From NCBI GenBank assembly GCA_964247055.1, contig OZ176050.1:7626001-7690000 (forward strand): a stretch of 64,000 nucleotides of DNA, given 5' to 3'. The notes below the pieces were generated by a model. The model worked only from the letters and a program-made list of their open reading frames with translations. It had not been told where the DNA came from and did no database searches. Both the position numbers and the translations under genes were made by a program. Each line of letters begins with the position of its first letter. The first letter of the stretch is position 1. Shown here piece by piece: positions 26,701 through 38,029 of the stretch. The stretch is from Paragordius varius. Its lineage: Eukaryota > Animalia > Nematomorpha.

Positions 26701-28555
26701 TTTGTACTGTTTATTATCATAAAAGTAATCTGTATGGATCTCTAACAGGTGTGTGCATATATATGTAGGTCAAAAAAGTTTTTACTAAAAATATTATTGG
26801 GGAAAAACTAATAAAAAGTGAAAAAAACCATAGTCTTTGTTTTGGACGAAAATTAAAATATAATCCAATAGTTTGTTTATACAAAGTAACATCCTTCATG
26901 TGAAAGGACCGCACAAATATTTAAAATTTATAAATAACCATAAATTATTTCATTTCGCAATAAATCCGTGAAAATATTTTTTAATAATTCAAAAATATGG
27001 AAAAAGCCATTTAAACAAATAACGAGTGTGAATTCGAATTGGAATTGTTTATCCATATTGTTTAATAATTTACCTGTATGATAAAATTAGTAAAAATATA
27101 TTTTCTTGATAATAATAAAATTTTAATAGCCAATATAGCAGTTATATAAAAATGTGTATAAAAAACAGTTAGTTTGGAAGAATAAAAAAATCATAGATAT
27201 CATATTGATAAAATATATGCCAGTAACTTTTACCAAGGGCTAGAAAGGACCAAATAGCGCATAAATATAATTTAGGTTGCCTATTTGATATCGATACAGA
27301 ATATTATAATCAAATATTTAGCAAATGTATATTAAATAAAACTTTTCTAATAATATGCATTAGCTTACATAATCGGATTGTTGTTTCGGTGTTTGGGTGG
27401 TGAACCTCTGCTACATATCCCGGTGGGTTTAAAATATCCATTTTATTCGGAAAAGTATGGACAACTATTTCCCTTCAAAACATTTTGCATGTTATTGAGT
27501 CTAAGTACCTTAACAGGTGTATCCTGGCTTAGCGAATATGCATTTAAAAATGGCTACCTTCCACCATCATATGATATACTACAAGTACTTTCAATATATT
27601 ATTTGCAAATATATACCATATACACCCTAAATTCACCCTTAAACAAAAAAAATCACCCTCAAACATTTCAAATTGATCCTCGATAATTTAAAATTAACAC
27701 TTGAACATTTCAAATTTACTTTAAAAATAAATCATGTGTTTTTGGGCTGCTAGCTATTATTATTATAAAATATTTCGTTGTAGCATAGTTTATCATTTTT
27801 TCTGCATCATGTTAATTTTAAACGAAATTTTATTCTTTAAAATATTAAAAAATAAAGCTAGTGCTTGATATTCAAAATCACATGATTTATTTTTGGGTAA
27901 TTTGAGGTGTAAATGGTATAATTTATCTTTTTAAACCTTATTTTAATCTTTTTTATCTGTTTTTCTTGATTAATGTTTTTATCTCAAACAGTGTATAGTC
28001 AATGTGCCAGAGAATATTGTTCAAGTTATAGAGCCTTCAGATAATGAAGTGATAGCACTAAAACCATCTGATCACAAACATCCTTACAATTCAAACATGA
28101 TTGTTGGAAAGGACAATCCTGTATTTGAGGAAATTGAAGTTAATTTTGTATTCTAGAACTCTTAAAAAATTAATATAAGTTTCCAGATAATAAACTCAAT
28201 TTAATGGTAAAGATGTTTTTAATCTTAAGACTATCGAAATTGGGATGAATTATATTCATTGAATAAATGGGATTTTTAATTCCAAATATATATACAATTA
28301 CTATGTATTCAAAATTTTTATTTTGATAATTCGAACCATTTAAACCGGGAAAATATTTGTATTTTGTCTTCTATTTTTTTGTTGTATTTAACCTAAGACA
28401 ACTGTTTTATATATTATATTGGGTTTTTGATAGGGTTTTAGATATTTATTACCCCAAATTACGATATTAATTAACCGTAACTAATTTAAATTTTTTTTAA
28501 ATTACTTTGTTTTTTTCAGGAAAAGCCTGAACACACCAAGTTAATGAAACAGTAA
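20067..28555 (+). CDS. SLC5A7: High-affinity sodium-dependent choline transporter (SSS/SLC5 family), complete gene
   Basis: join(20067-20241,20586-20693,23698-24002,24540-24689,25420-25549,26260-26477,26550-26748,27364-27584,27992-28138,28520-28555) is an open frame of 562 aa with GT-AG introns and consistent phases; motifs [71 protein letters not shown]. If the last intron is not spliced the CDS ends at 28156 (556 aa). Confidence 0.96.
20586..20693 (+). CDS. SLC5A7: ChT coding exon 2
   Basis: ATTAG|CT ACA TGG ([14 protein letters not shown]); donor G|GTCAGT. Confidence 0.93.
20732..20796. repeat. (TA)n microsatellite, one interruption
   Basis: Direct reading. Confidence 0.95.
23698..24002 (+). 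CDS. SLC5A7: ChT coding exon 3
   Basis: TTCTAG|GT GGC; [10 protein letters not shown]...LFCIFIGL; donor GTATGT. Confidence 0.94.
24540..24689 (+). CDS. SLC5A7: ChT coding exon 4
   Basis: WICVPFAW...FGGIPWQ, 50 codons, phase 0 at both ends. Confidence 0.93.
25420..25549 (+). CDS. SLC5A7: ChT coding exon 5
   Basis: [26 protein letters not shown]...IIGYNT; donor A|GTATAC chosen by homology and phase. Confidence 0.88.
25857..26081. mobile_element. Diverged palindromic MITE-like element in ChT intron 5
   Basis: ~50-bp imperfect inverted arms GGTCTGTTTGCAT..TTTTCAGATAGAATGAATGA / TCATTCATTCTGAAAA..ATGCAAAAACTGACC. Confidence 0.55.
26260..26477 (+). CDS. SLC5A7: ChT coding exon 6
   Basis: [10 protein letters not shown]...[18 protein letters not shown]...[11 protein letters not shown]; donor GTTAGT. 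Confidence 0.94.
26550..26748 (+). CDS. SLC5A7: ChT coding exon 7
   Basis: [11 protein letters not shown]...[19 protein letters not shown]; preceded by a 72-nt intron. Confidence 0.93.
27364..27584 (+). CDS. SLC5A7: ChT coding exon 8
   Basis: [14 protein letters not shown]...[11 protein letters not shown]...YDILQ; donor GTACTT. Confidence 0.92.
27614..27918. mobile_element. TA-flanked palindromic MITE with ~21-bp internal repeats (ChT intron 8)
   Basis: TA|TACCATATACACC ... GGTGTAAATGGTA|TA; internal CACCCT(T/C)AAACA repeats. Confidence 0.65.
27992..28138 (+). CDS. SLC5A7: ChT coding exon 9 (cytoplasmic tail); read-through stop TAG at 28154-28156
   Basis: CAAACAG|TGT ATA GTC AAT (CIVNVPEN...); in phase with exon 8. 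Confidence 0.85.
28520..28555 (+). CDS. SLC5A7: Putative ChT terminal mini-exon ([11 protein letters not shown])
   Basis: Strong acceptor TTTGTTTTTTTCAG at 28519, in phase with donor GAA|GTTAAT at 28138/28139. Confidence 0.55.
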   Translation, partial: EKPEHTKLMKQ

Positions 28556-28704
28556 AAGGCTATTTGGGGTGCTTTATCAAATGTTTAATATTTTGATCTC
28601 GTAATACCCGCAAAGTTTTTATTTAGCACAAAACACCTATATTCTCCCAAAATTTTGCAATATACATACACTGTAAAATTTAGATTTTAAAATACTTTAT
28701 TGTA

Positions 28705-28925
28705 TACCATTTACAATTCATTTCATCCTTAAACAATTCAAATTCATTCTCGAACAAATCAAATTCACCCTAAAATAAATTATTTTTTAAAATAAAAAAT
28801 TACCTATGTTATTTTTATAATTTTACATAATTTATTTTTAGAAGCTTGAATTGTTCGTGGGTGAATTTGAATTGTTTGAGGGTGAATTTGAATTGTTTAA
28901 GGGTGAATTTAAATTGTAAATGGTA
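28705..28925. mobile_element. TA-flanked palindromic MITE with 21-bp subrepeats (GGGTGAATTTGAATTGTTTRA)
   Basis: TA|TACCATTTACAAT ... ATTGTAAATGGTA|TA; three subrepeats per arm. Confidence 0.8.
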
Positions 28926-29340
28926 TATCTCAAAAGAAAAATATGATTGATTATATTAGTGTAGATTATTTTTATTTGAATATCCATATGTACTAAATTT
29001 ACCCGTGTTACTTAAAGGTGTGATACTCGTATATATATTTATATGCTTACCTGTGTTTTCATGCATAATTAAACAACCTAACACCACATTCCAAATTCAA
29101 TATACACCATTCCATGTATTTTAAAATGTGATATATTACTATTATTATATTAATTACCAAATAAATATATTTATTCGTTTTAAAATATATTTTTAAACAA
29201 ATGCCTTAATAAAGGCCCAAATAAACTTTTGAATTGATTAATATTATATCAATTGATTGTGTTATATGTCGTGAGGCAGATTTCCAAAAAAAATTTAGCC
29301 AAAAGCGGGATATCCCAAATTTTGCACATTGATTTATATA

Positions 29341-30470
29341 CCAAGTCTAGTCACAAGTTTATCAGACGATTAATTTATTACAAACGCCATTTTGTTAACA
29401 TTCTAATAACATCCTTAATTTGAGTCCGCCAAAAGGTAGCGTATTGTTATTATCATTATAATGTCGAATTTTGTGCTTGAACAAAATTTGCGGCATGCAT
29501 TGGCATCAGGAGCAAAAGGCTGTTGAAAGTTTTTTGTTGGAAACTTATAATTAATATACTCTATCGATTAACATATGTGAGACATGGTTTCTATCTATTA
29601 AAAGTTGTATGCAATTATATGTGAAAGAGAGTCAGCGCTCTGGTAGACTAAACTTCATGACCCAACTCACATTTAAAAACAATCGTCAAAAAAATTGCAT
29701 ATATCATAAAAACAATCAATACGTGTCTACCAACAATGGGAAAGACCAATAAACTCGGTGAATAGCTCTCACATGATTCGAATGAACTTTTATCGAAAAT
29801 CGCAAAGTGAGTGAAATCTTTCGGCGTTGGGAAAAAATTATTTATGAAGCGAATCGGGACGGGTCATGAGAAGTGGCATTATTAAATTTAAAGCATAAAA
29901 ACCGTGGCTTTTCCCTTTCCAAGCCGGTATATCAACACCAATGCCAAATCGATTCGGCAAAAAGACCGTGCTAGGAGTGTAATGGGACCAGAGCAATAAT
30001 GTATATTATTAACTTTTGAAACCCGTGAAACCGTTAAAACACATCCTTATCGCCTACAAATGATTAATTTAAACATGCACTAATTGAAATAAGAAGACAG
30101 GGAAAATTAATTTTGTCATATGACAAAATTCTGTCTCAAGAAAAATTAATTAAAGACACCTTAAAATCGCTTCGATGGGTTTTGCATCCGCTGAACTCTC
30201 CTGAGCTGGCGCCATCTGATTAGTTCAAATTCGCATCGATAGCGCGCACCTCGCAAAGCAGCGTTTCAATAATTTCTAAACCGGTAGAAAATAGCTTGAC
30301 AAATGGTTAGTCGTAGAGGGAAAATCTTTTAACACGGCATTCATATATTACCTGAGAGATGGGGGAAATGTGTAGAAGCCGATTATGTATAATATTTTAA
30401 AAAATATATATTGATTTTGTGTCATAGATGTTTTTACAAAATAAACAGTAAAAACTTATGACTACACCTA
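29341..30470 (+). mobile_element. Degenerate mariner (Mos1-like) transposon relic
   Basis: PNRFGKKTVL at 29944-29973, ELLKP.ETV remnant, SPELAPSD at 30197-30220, RGIH.LPERW.KCV remnant; right TIR CTTATGACTACACCTA ends at 30470. Confidence 0.85.
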
Positions 30471-31289
30471 GACGCAAAAATATTCAGTTTTAACCATGTT
30501 AGGTTTTAACAGGAATATTCTAATTTTTTAAAAGAGGTTTTCTAATGCAAAATTATAATTTGTATTGCCTTATATCATTTGTATAAAATTTGACAAAATA
30601 TTAAAAAAAACACTTTTCGAAATAATTTGATACCGCTGAAGATATCTATCCTCAAATATCCAATAGCCACGCATTTAACTGAAAGCAAACCATTTAAACG
30701 AACTTAAATAAATTGAAATTGTTTGAAGTATTGACTTATGTTGGTTATTATTTATATGTTTAGTAGAACTTTCATTAAAATAGATCTTATAAACCAATGT
30801 TAATAAATATTGATTTACATAAGCAATTTATACGATTTACCATCTACTAAAATCAATATTATTATTAATAAATTTAATATTCCTAGAGTGTATAGACCAT
30901 TTATAACTCAGACCGCGGCCCGAAAGGTAATTTTTATGATTCTTAAATATTCATCAAATTTTTTAATGTACTTATTTTGAGTATAAATATCTGCAAAAGT
31001 GTTAAACAACTATGAGTTTTTTAATGGTATTTTATGATGCACGGCCTTTGAGACAAGTTAAATATATTTTGTGATCCAAATTTTTGGTGAGTACCACTTG
31101 TATAGACCGATGAAACCTATAATTAATTCAAATACAAAGATCCGTCAAAAACTAACTACCTTGATTTATGTGCAAGTTTATGGGGCAGCCAAAAGGGGGC
31201 AGCGCACACCAAGGGGGGTATACAAAAATCTAAAGGGGCGCGAAAAATTGGAGAATTTATCAAAAAAGAAAACTTGAAACAAATGGAAG

Positions 31290-31475
31290 GATTTCAGGAG
31301 CTAACTATCAAGATTTATCAACTATATGGAATATTTTTTTCAAAAAATGCAGATATAAGGATCTCATTTGGGATATTTATAAAATTATAATATATTTTTT
31401 TATCTTGGATTTTGCGCAAGAGTTTTTATTTTCAATTTGGTGGGGCGTGAACAAAAAAGGTTACTAAACACTTAG
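31290..31475. mobile_element. Partial copy of the hAT-type MITE found at 43537-43757
   Basis: Shares AAAAAATGC.GATATAAGGATCTCATT and TTTTCAATT(T)GGTGGG.CGTGAACAAAAAA(A)GGTT. Confidence 0.6.
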
Positions 31476-32104
31476 GGGAAATTAGTAGAAGTAGAGTATT
31501 TTGTTTATGCATCCTTCCCAATATATCCAATCAAACAAAATTGAGGTTTCGCCAATCCCGTACTTTTTCGAAACAAAGCATTATATTTAGATAGTGTCTC
31601 ATCCGAGAATCACGACATATTAGAAAAACATTGAAACACTCAATACTGTAACCTACAGGAATTAATTATATATAAGGGAATCAATGTTGGTTATAACACT
31701 TTTTTGAGAAAGAGTATTTACAATGTGTAGAAAATTTTATGTTTTATTCATCTTGGTCAGAAATTTAATTCTCGGTTCTTTTAGTGGTATAAAAATGATA
31801 TATTAAAGCGGTCAGCTGAGTTTTATTTGTTACTATAAAAGGTATGGAAAATTTTTAAAACAAAACATCATTTTTTAAGTTATTTTTTATTCAACTATTT
31901 TACGCATGTAAACACATGTTTAATCGAGTGGGAAAGGTACGGTTTACCTACCCATCTCTTATCGATCTTTTTTACCAAAAACATTGATTTTATACCTTCT
32001 TCGAATAATAAAAATAGTTAGATTATAATCCTTACATATCCATAACATATTTCTCATCACATTATCGCATTCTAAGCACATTCTGCTAATCACGTAATCT
32101 CAGC

Positions 32105-34878
32105 ATCCGCATCGCCACGTGGAACTTACGTAGAGCCTACAACAATCACAAATTAGATATAGTCGTTAACGAAATGACTAAGCATAAAATTGACATACTA
32201 GGAATTTCAGAATCACACACTCCCTCTACCGGAACTTTAGAATTTGACAATCATATTTTTATTCCGGCCACGACTCGTTAAAATACAACGGTGTCGGTAT
32301 AATAATGAAAAAAAGCTAGCTAACTTATCGGACATTTTTAATCCAATCAATGAACGTATAATTGCAATCCGCATACAAGCAACCCCTCAACCCATTACTA
32401 TCTTTCAAATTTACGCCCCTATCTCCTCTTACAGCGATGACGACTGTGAAAAATTTTACAGTGATCTCGACTTGGACTTCCCAAATCTCAAAAAAGGATA
32501 TCATATTTATCTTAGGCGACTTCAATTCAATCATCGGAAGAGACAAAACACCTTCTATGACGGGCGGCATGGGCTTGGGCATAAAAAACGAGAGAGGAGA
32601 CAGATTAATTGAATTTTGTGCCAACCATCGTTTCTTCGTCGCAAACACCTTTTTTAAACAGCCCAAACGACGTCTATACACATAGCGTTCCCTGTGTCAA
32701 AGATACCGTAACCAAATTGACTTCATATTAGGTATGGTAAAATATAAAAGTTCATTTCATAATGTCAAATGCCTACCAGGATCGGATTGCTACAGTGACA
32801 ACAACCTATTGATCGCCAAACTCTGCATTAAATTACAACTTCCTAAAATATCCAAACCCACCAGAACAAGATTAGATTATGATACAATCGAAGACAAGTT
32901 TAGCACCGCTTTATCTAATCGTTTCGAATGTCTTGATCATAATTCCGAAAACTATCAGGATATAAACTGCTTTTGGAACGCTATACACACAATCTGCAGA
33001 GACACAGCCGACGAAGTTATACAGCCTCTCAAACGTACTAAACAAAAAATAAAATTGTCAACCAAAAGTCTCGATATCGCGAAAAACGTAGAGAATCCAA
33101 AATCAAATGCAAATGGGATGAATACAAACAACTAAACAGTGAATTTCAGAAGAGTGAAGAGAGGACAAAAATAAGTATTATGACCAACTATGTGAAAAAT
33201 TAGAAACAGACGCCAAAAAAACCGAAACCTTTTTGCCCATGCAAACAATATTATTCCACACAAAAAAGTTTTTTACAAGGGACCTATGAGAAACGACAAC
33301 AACTCAATAGTCACTGAAAAAGACGAAAACTCTGGCACAAACACATAAGTAAACTCAACAACGTAAATAACCCCCAGACTATTAACGAACTTATTCAACA
33401 AAAAGAATCACCTATTATGAAAGAAGAAGTGGAACTCGCGATAAAACACTCTAGTACTGGCAAATCAGAGGGGCACAGAGACATCCCTACTGAAATAATA
33501 AAATATATTCCAATCGATATACTTACCCATATTTGAGATGGAAAAAATCCCTGAGGATTGGTGCACATCCATTGTGATTCCTATTTTAAAAAAGGGTAAC
33601 CCAGAACTGTGCGACAACTATCGCACCATAGCGCTCATAAACCAGGTGTCCAAAGTTTTCTTAAAAATAATACAGTTTCGACTAAATACCATTCTTGACC
33701 CCGAGATATCCATGATTCAGGCTGGTTTTCGAAAAGGTAGAGGATGCCGAGATATGATATGTAATATGGGGTAAATAATCGAGAAACACATCGAATTCAA
33801 CAAAGAATTGCATATGTGCTTTGTCGATTTTTCCAAAGCATTTGATTCCAATACAATAAATTACGAAAAGCTATAAAACAACTTGGAGTATCAACACATC
33901 TAATCAACGTTATATTCTCAATTTACTTAAATTCCACGGCTGTAATATCTACACCTCACGGTATATCTGACTCATGTAAGGTACAAGTCGACCTACGCCA
34001 AGGATGCGTTTTATCCCCAATTCTTTTTAACGCATACCTCGAATGCATAATAAGAAACATCCCAAAAACTTATGGCATTAATGTCGGCTACTTACATTCG
34101 TTCACTACGCGGATGCAGTTTTATTCGCAGACAATGTACTTTTCGCAAGCCTTACACGTGTTTACAACTGAATGGAATACATTTGGATTAAATAATAATT
34201 TCAAAAAAACAAAAGTCATGCAAATAAACCCGGCTCAAACTAATCCAATAATCCTCAACGGCAACCAGATCGAAACAGTAAGCAGTTACACGTACTTAGG
34301 TAGCATTATTAACAATGAGAACAACTCTACGCCAGAAATAAAGCGAAGAATTGCTATCGCTAAAGCAGTCACATTCAAATATAACAAGATTTGGATGTCG
34401 CATGACATTAAAAAACCAAAATCAGATTAATTAAGGCTACAGTTTTTCCCACATTCATGTATGGGGGGAAAGCTGGACACTGAAAAAATATAACGAACGT
34501 CAAATAAATTCTTTCGAATTATAGGTTTGGAGAAAACTTCTCCAAATAAAATGGACAGACAAAATTGCAAACACCACTATTCTAAATAAAATTAACCCAG
34601 AAATGTCACTTCTGGGTAGCTTAATACGGCAAAAACTCTCCTTTTTTGGGCACATTATGAGAGCCAACTCAATTGAAAAATCACTGATGCTGGGAAAAGT
34701 GAGTAGTGCTCGAAAAAGAGGAGGAAGACGAACTCGTTGGATGGATAACATCCTCAAAGAAACCAACCAATCATTATCCGCACTAAACACCAGATCCGGT
34801 AATCGCAGTGAATGGAGAAGTTATATTTTTAATGTTGCAGTTAGTCGGAATCGACCTTAGCAACAACAACAATAACAA
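32105..34878 (+). mobile_element. Near full-length, inactivated RTE-clade non-LTR retrotransposon (APE endonuclease + reverse transcriptase)
   Basis: IRIATWNLR start, DILGISESH, ILGDFNS, NTFFKQPKRRLYT, NQIDFIL, DNYRTIALI, QAGFRKGRG, DFSKAFD, LRQGCVLSPILFN, YADA at 34106-34117, YLGS, RGGRRTRWMD; 3' (CAA)n tail 34861-34878; many frameshifts and stops. Confidence 0.93.
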
Positions 34879-35851
34879 ATATTTTTTATAGTACTTCTAA
34901 GTTTTAAGAACAAAATCTTAAAGATAACGTTTAACGCCCTTTTTTTATATATTCGCCCAATATTAAACATAGAAACCGATATTTTCAAAAAAGATATTAA
35001 ACTACGTAAAGCATTAATACAGAAGTATAGTATAGACGTGCATAGATGATACGCTTATAATGCATCAAATATACTTTTATACAATAATAAATTTGGTATA
35101 ATAATCTTGTTAAAAAAATGTTTATATTTCGTGTCGGCATATTTTTTCTATATCGAATCATATAGAAAAAGTTTCCATGTATATTATAAGAGTGATGGAC
35201 ATCCATACTTTGATTCCAATAAGATAAAGAGTACTCTAATTTATATTTCTTAGATTTGTAGTTTGAATCTTTTTCAAAACTTAAATATTGATTTTTTTGG
35301 ATTTTTTAGTTGCAAAATGACAGATTAAATATTATAAGTTTCGGTCCTTGACATCTAAAATCCTTATTAGATTTTGAATGGACTTTGAAGACTGAGTGGA
35401 TCGTTTTTATCTTGCAATTACATATTATTTTTATTCCCACCATGTAGCAGAAAATGCGATGTTCTGATTATTGGATAGTTTAAATTTTATTAAGTTTAAA
35501 ATACTGTCTTTATTTTTTAAAAAATAAAATATTGAAAAATGATAATTTTTAACTCGTTGTTTAAGCAAAAGAAGTTAAGAAATGTTATATCTTATATTGA
35601 CCCAGAATTTTTAATGTATGTGTTGTATTTAATTTTAATTAAAAATAATCCTAATGACCTAATTACACCAGTCAAAATTAAATTTTCCATTTTTGGTTGG
35701 AGATATGAAGAAATTAATTCTTATTATAATTATCGGTAAAATAATATTTATATATTAAATATTTATACGTATTGTTATATATTAAATAGCATTTATCAAT
35801 ATTATTGAGTTTAAAGCGTTAAAAAAACATTTTGGTTAGAAATATATAAAG

Positions 35852-36160
35852 CAGGAATGTCCAATATGCGGCCCCCAAAAATATTTCTGCTGCCCGCGAG
35901 AAATTTCATACATAAAAAATGCGGAATTGACAGAGTAGGGTTTTCACGCTCCCCCTACAGAATCTGAAATTAGTCTTTTTAAATAAATTTTCTGAATAAA
36001 TTTTCTACGGCAATGAACTAACAAAAACGTTAAAATAAATAGTAGTTTTTACAATCTTATGATTAATACTAATAAAATATTTGTTAACTCCAATATTTTT
36101 TAAAAATGTGGCCCGCCGGATATTTTGATCCCGGGAAGCCATTTATGTTCGACACCCCTG
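35852..36160. mobile_element. hAT-type MITE (309 bp), same family as 3927-4202
   Basis: CAGGAATGTCCAA...TTCGACACCCCTG; flanks ATATAAAG/TTATAAAT (6/8). Confidence 0.7.
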
Positions 36161-36974
36161 TTATAAATTACATAATGGTATTAAATTGGTGTAAAAATTT
36201 GTAAATATTAAAGATTCTTGTGATATGAAAATATATAATTAGGTAATAATTATCATTGAATATCTTTTTGCTTGTAATTGACTAATTTTCCCTACTATTT
36301 CCGGTTCCATTGTTTTTCATTCCAATAATTGGTTACTTATATTTAGACATAGCCTATTTGATATAATGAAAATAAAACGTGAACAACAAGATGTTATTAA
36401 GAAATTATCTGTTTTTTGTAATATATGACTTAAATATAATAAAAAATATAAGTTTCGTTTCAAATAAAAAAAATCCATTTATAAAAACGGTGGAACTGTA
36501 TTGTAATAATTTAAATTCCAAATCGCCAACTGCTTTTAAACCCTTAAAAAAATAAGGAGAATCATGAATATGACAGAGTTTTCTTTAATGTCGATTTCAC
36601 TCACTCCCGTACAAAATTATATTATTTTTACTTTACGTAATGCAAAATTATATCGAATGTTGTAAAATTTTGAAATTTTTAAAACATTAGATACATTAAT
36701 ATCAACTTTTGATAGGATTACTTTTACATGGTGCATTGGGTGTACGTAGACAAGATTGTACAGTATTGTGTGATGAAAATGCTGAATTAAGTGCCCAATG
36801 TCTTAACTGTAGAATAAGTGAGGCGATATCATTTGGTGAGTCAGAAAATGAATCCCAATCCAACAATAATCAAACAACTTCCGATGGAAAACGCTAAATT
36901 TCATTATGTTTTTCATTTAGAAATAGTTAATATTAATAAATGATATATTTGAATGTTTAGCTAAGATCTTGTGG

Positions 36975-37245
36975 ATGGATTTATTGCTACATTCAAGGTC
37001 GGCTTTTCGCAATATTGAAAATAAATCTTTTCCATAGATTGCTGTTTTTTAATGTTTGGTTCTGCCAAGGATGCATTGGTTTCTTTTAGAATATTGTCCA
37101 TTTACCTTATTCTTCTTCGGTCACTTTTATGTGTACCACTAACCTTTCCCGAAATCAAGGAATCTTCCAGTGAGTTACATAATTTGGCCAAAGTAATTTA
37201 GGTTGGTGCGGCTAGACATTTCAAGTGATGACATATAGGGATTGA
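36975..37245 (-). mobile_element. 3' fragment of the RTE LINE family
   Basis: Reverse complement aligns with 34590-34865 (AATCCCTATATGTCA.., TTTGGCCAAATTATG, GGGAAAGGTTAGTGG, GACAATATTCTAAAAGAAACCAA). Confidence 0.75.
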
Positions 37246-37559
37246 TTTTATTTAAAATAGGAGTTTTCTCCAGTCCTAATGTTCAAAGGATTATCCGTTG
37301 GTTAGATATAAGGGTCTATATAAGCCGAGTTTTGGTTTTTAAGCTGAAATCATGAAATGACCAAATTTTATTATACTTACTTGTGGCCGCTTTGGTCATA
37401 GCCATTTTACATTTAATCTGGGGAGTACAATTATTATTATCTTATTAAACTTTCGAGATATGCGTAGTTTTTGACGAATTAAATACGTTAACAGATAAAA
37501 TTAAAATCTTAATGATTTGGCACGATCACATATCCAACCTCTACGAAACAAAAACCGCT

Positions 37560-37950
37560 AAAATTTTGAAAGAAAGCACCTGAGAAATAAATCCTCCATT
37601 GCTAAAAGAAGAAGTGGAAAGGGTTGTAAAACAATCTGCTAGAAAAACAGAGGGGCCGATATCCTCTCTGAAATCAACATATTCCGCTGGAAATACGCCA
37701 TAATTTCTTCCAAAAAATTTGACTCGGAAAAAAAATCTGAGCAATGTAATTTCCAAAAAGAGAGAGTATGTAGGGATATGATAGCCAATATGAGATGGAT
37801 AAGAGAGAGCACATAGATTTAATAACGAAATCCATAAGGGCTTTGTCTGGATTTTTCCAAGGCTTTTGATTCCATCCAACATAATCTTTTACTTTCATTC
37901 TTAAAACAGCTAGAAGTTTCAATTCACGAATCAACTTAATATTCTCATTT
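37560..37950 (+). mobile_element. Internal RT-region fragment of the RTE LINE family
   Basis: PPLLKEEVE and DFSKAFDS remnants, homologous to 33410-33900. Confidence 0.7.
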
Positions 37951-38029
37951 ACTAAAGTTTGATTGCTATGGTTCTAATAAATCATGGGGTAACTTATCCA
38001 TGCCTTGTGAATGAGGGGTTAAAGGGATC

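Noticed and set aside
28705-28925. Regular 21-bp repeats suggesting a CRISPR array
   Set aside because: No unique spacers, repeats are inverted between arms, eukaryotic context, no cas genes; it is a MITE
37541-37934. Minus-strand ORFs of 113 and 86 aa
   Set aside because: Antisense to a degenerate RTE RT fragment
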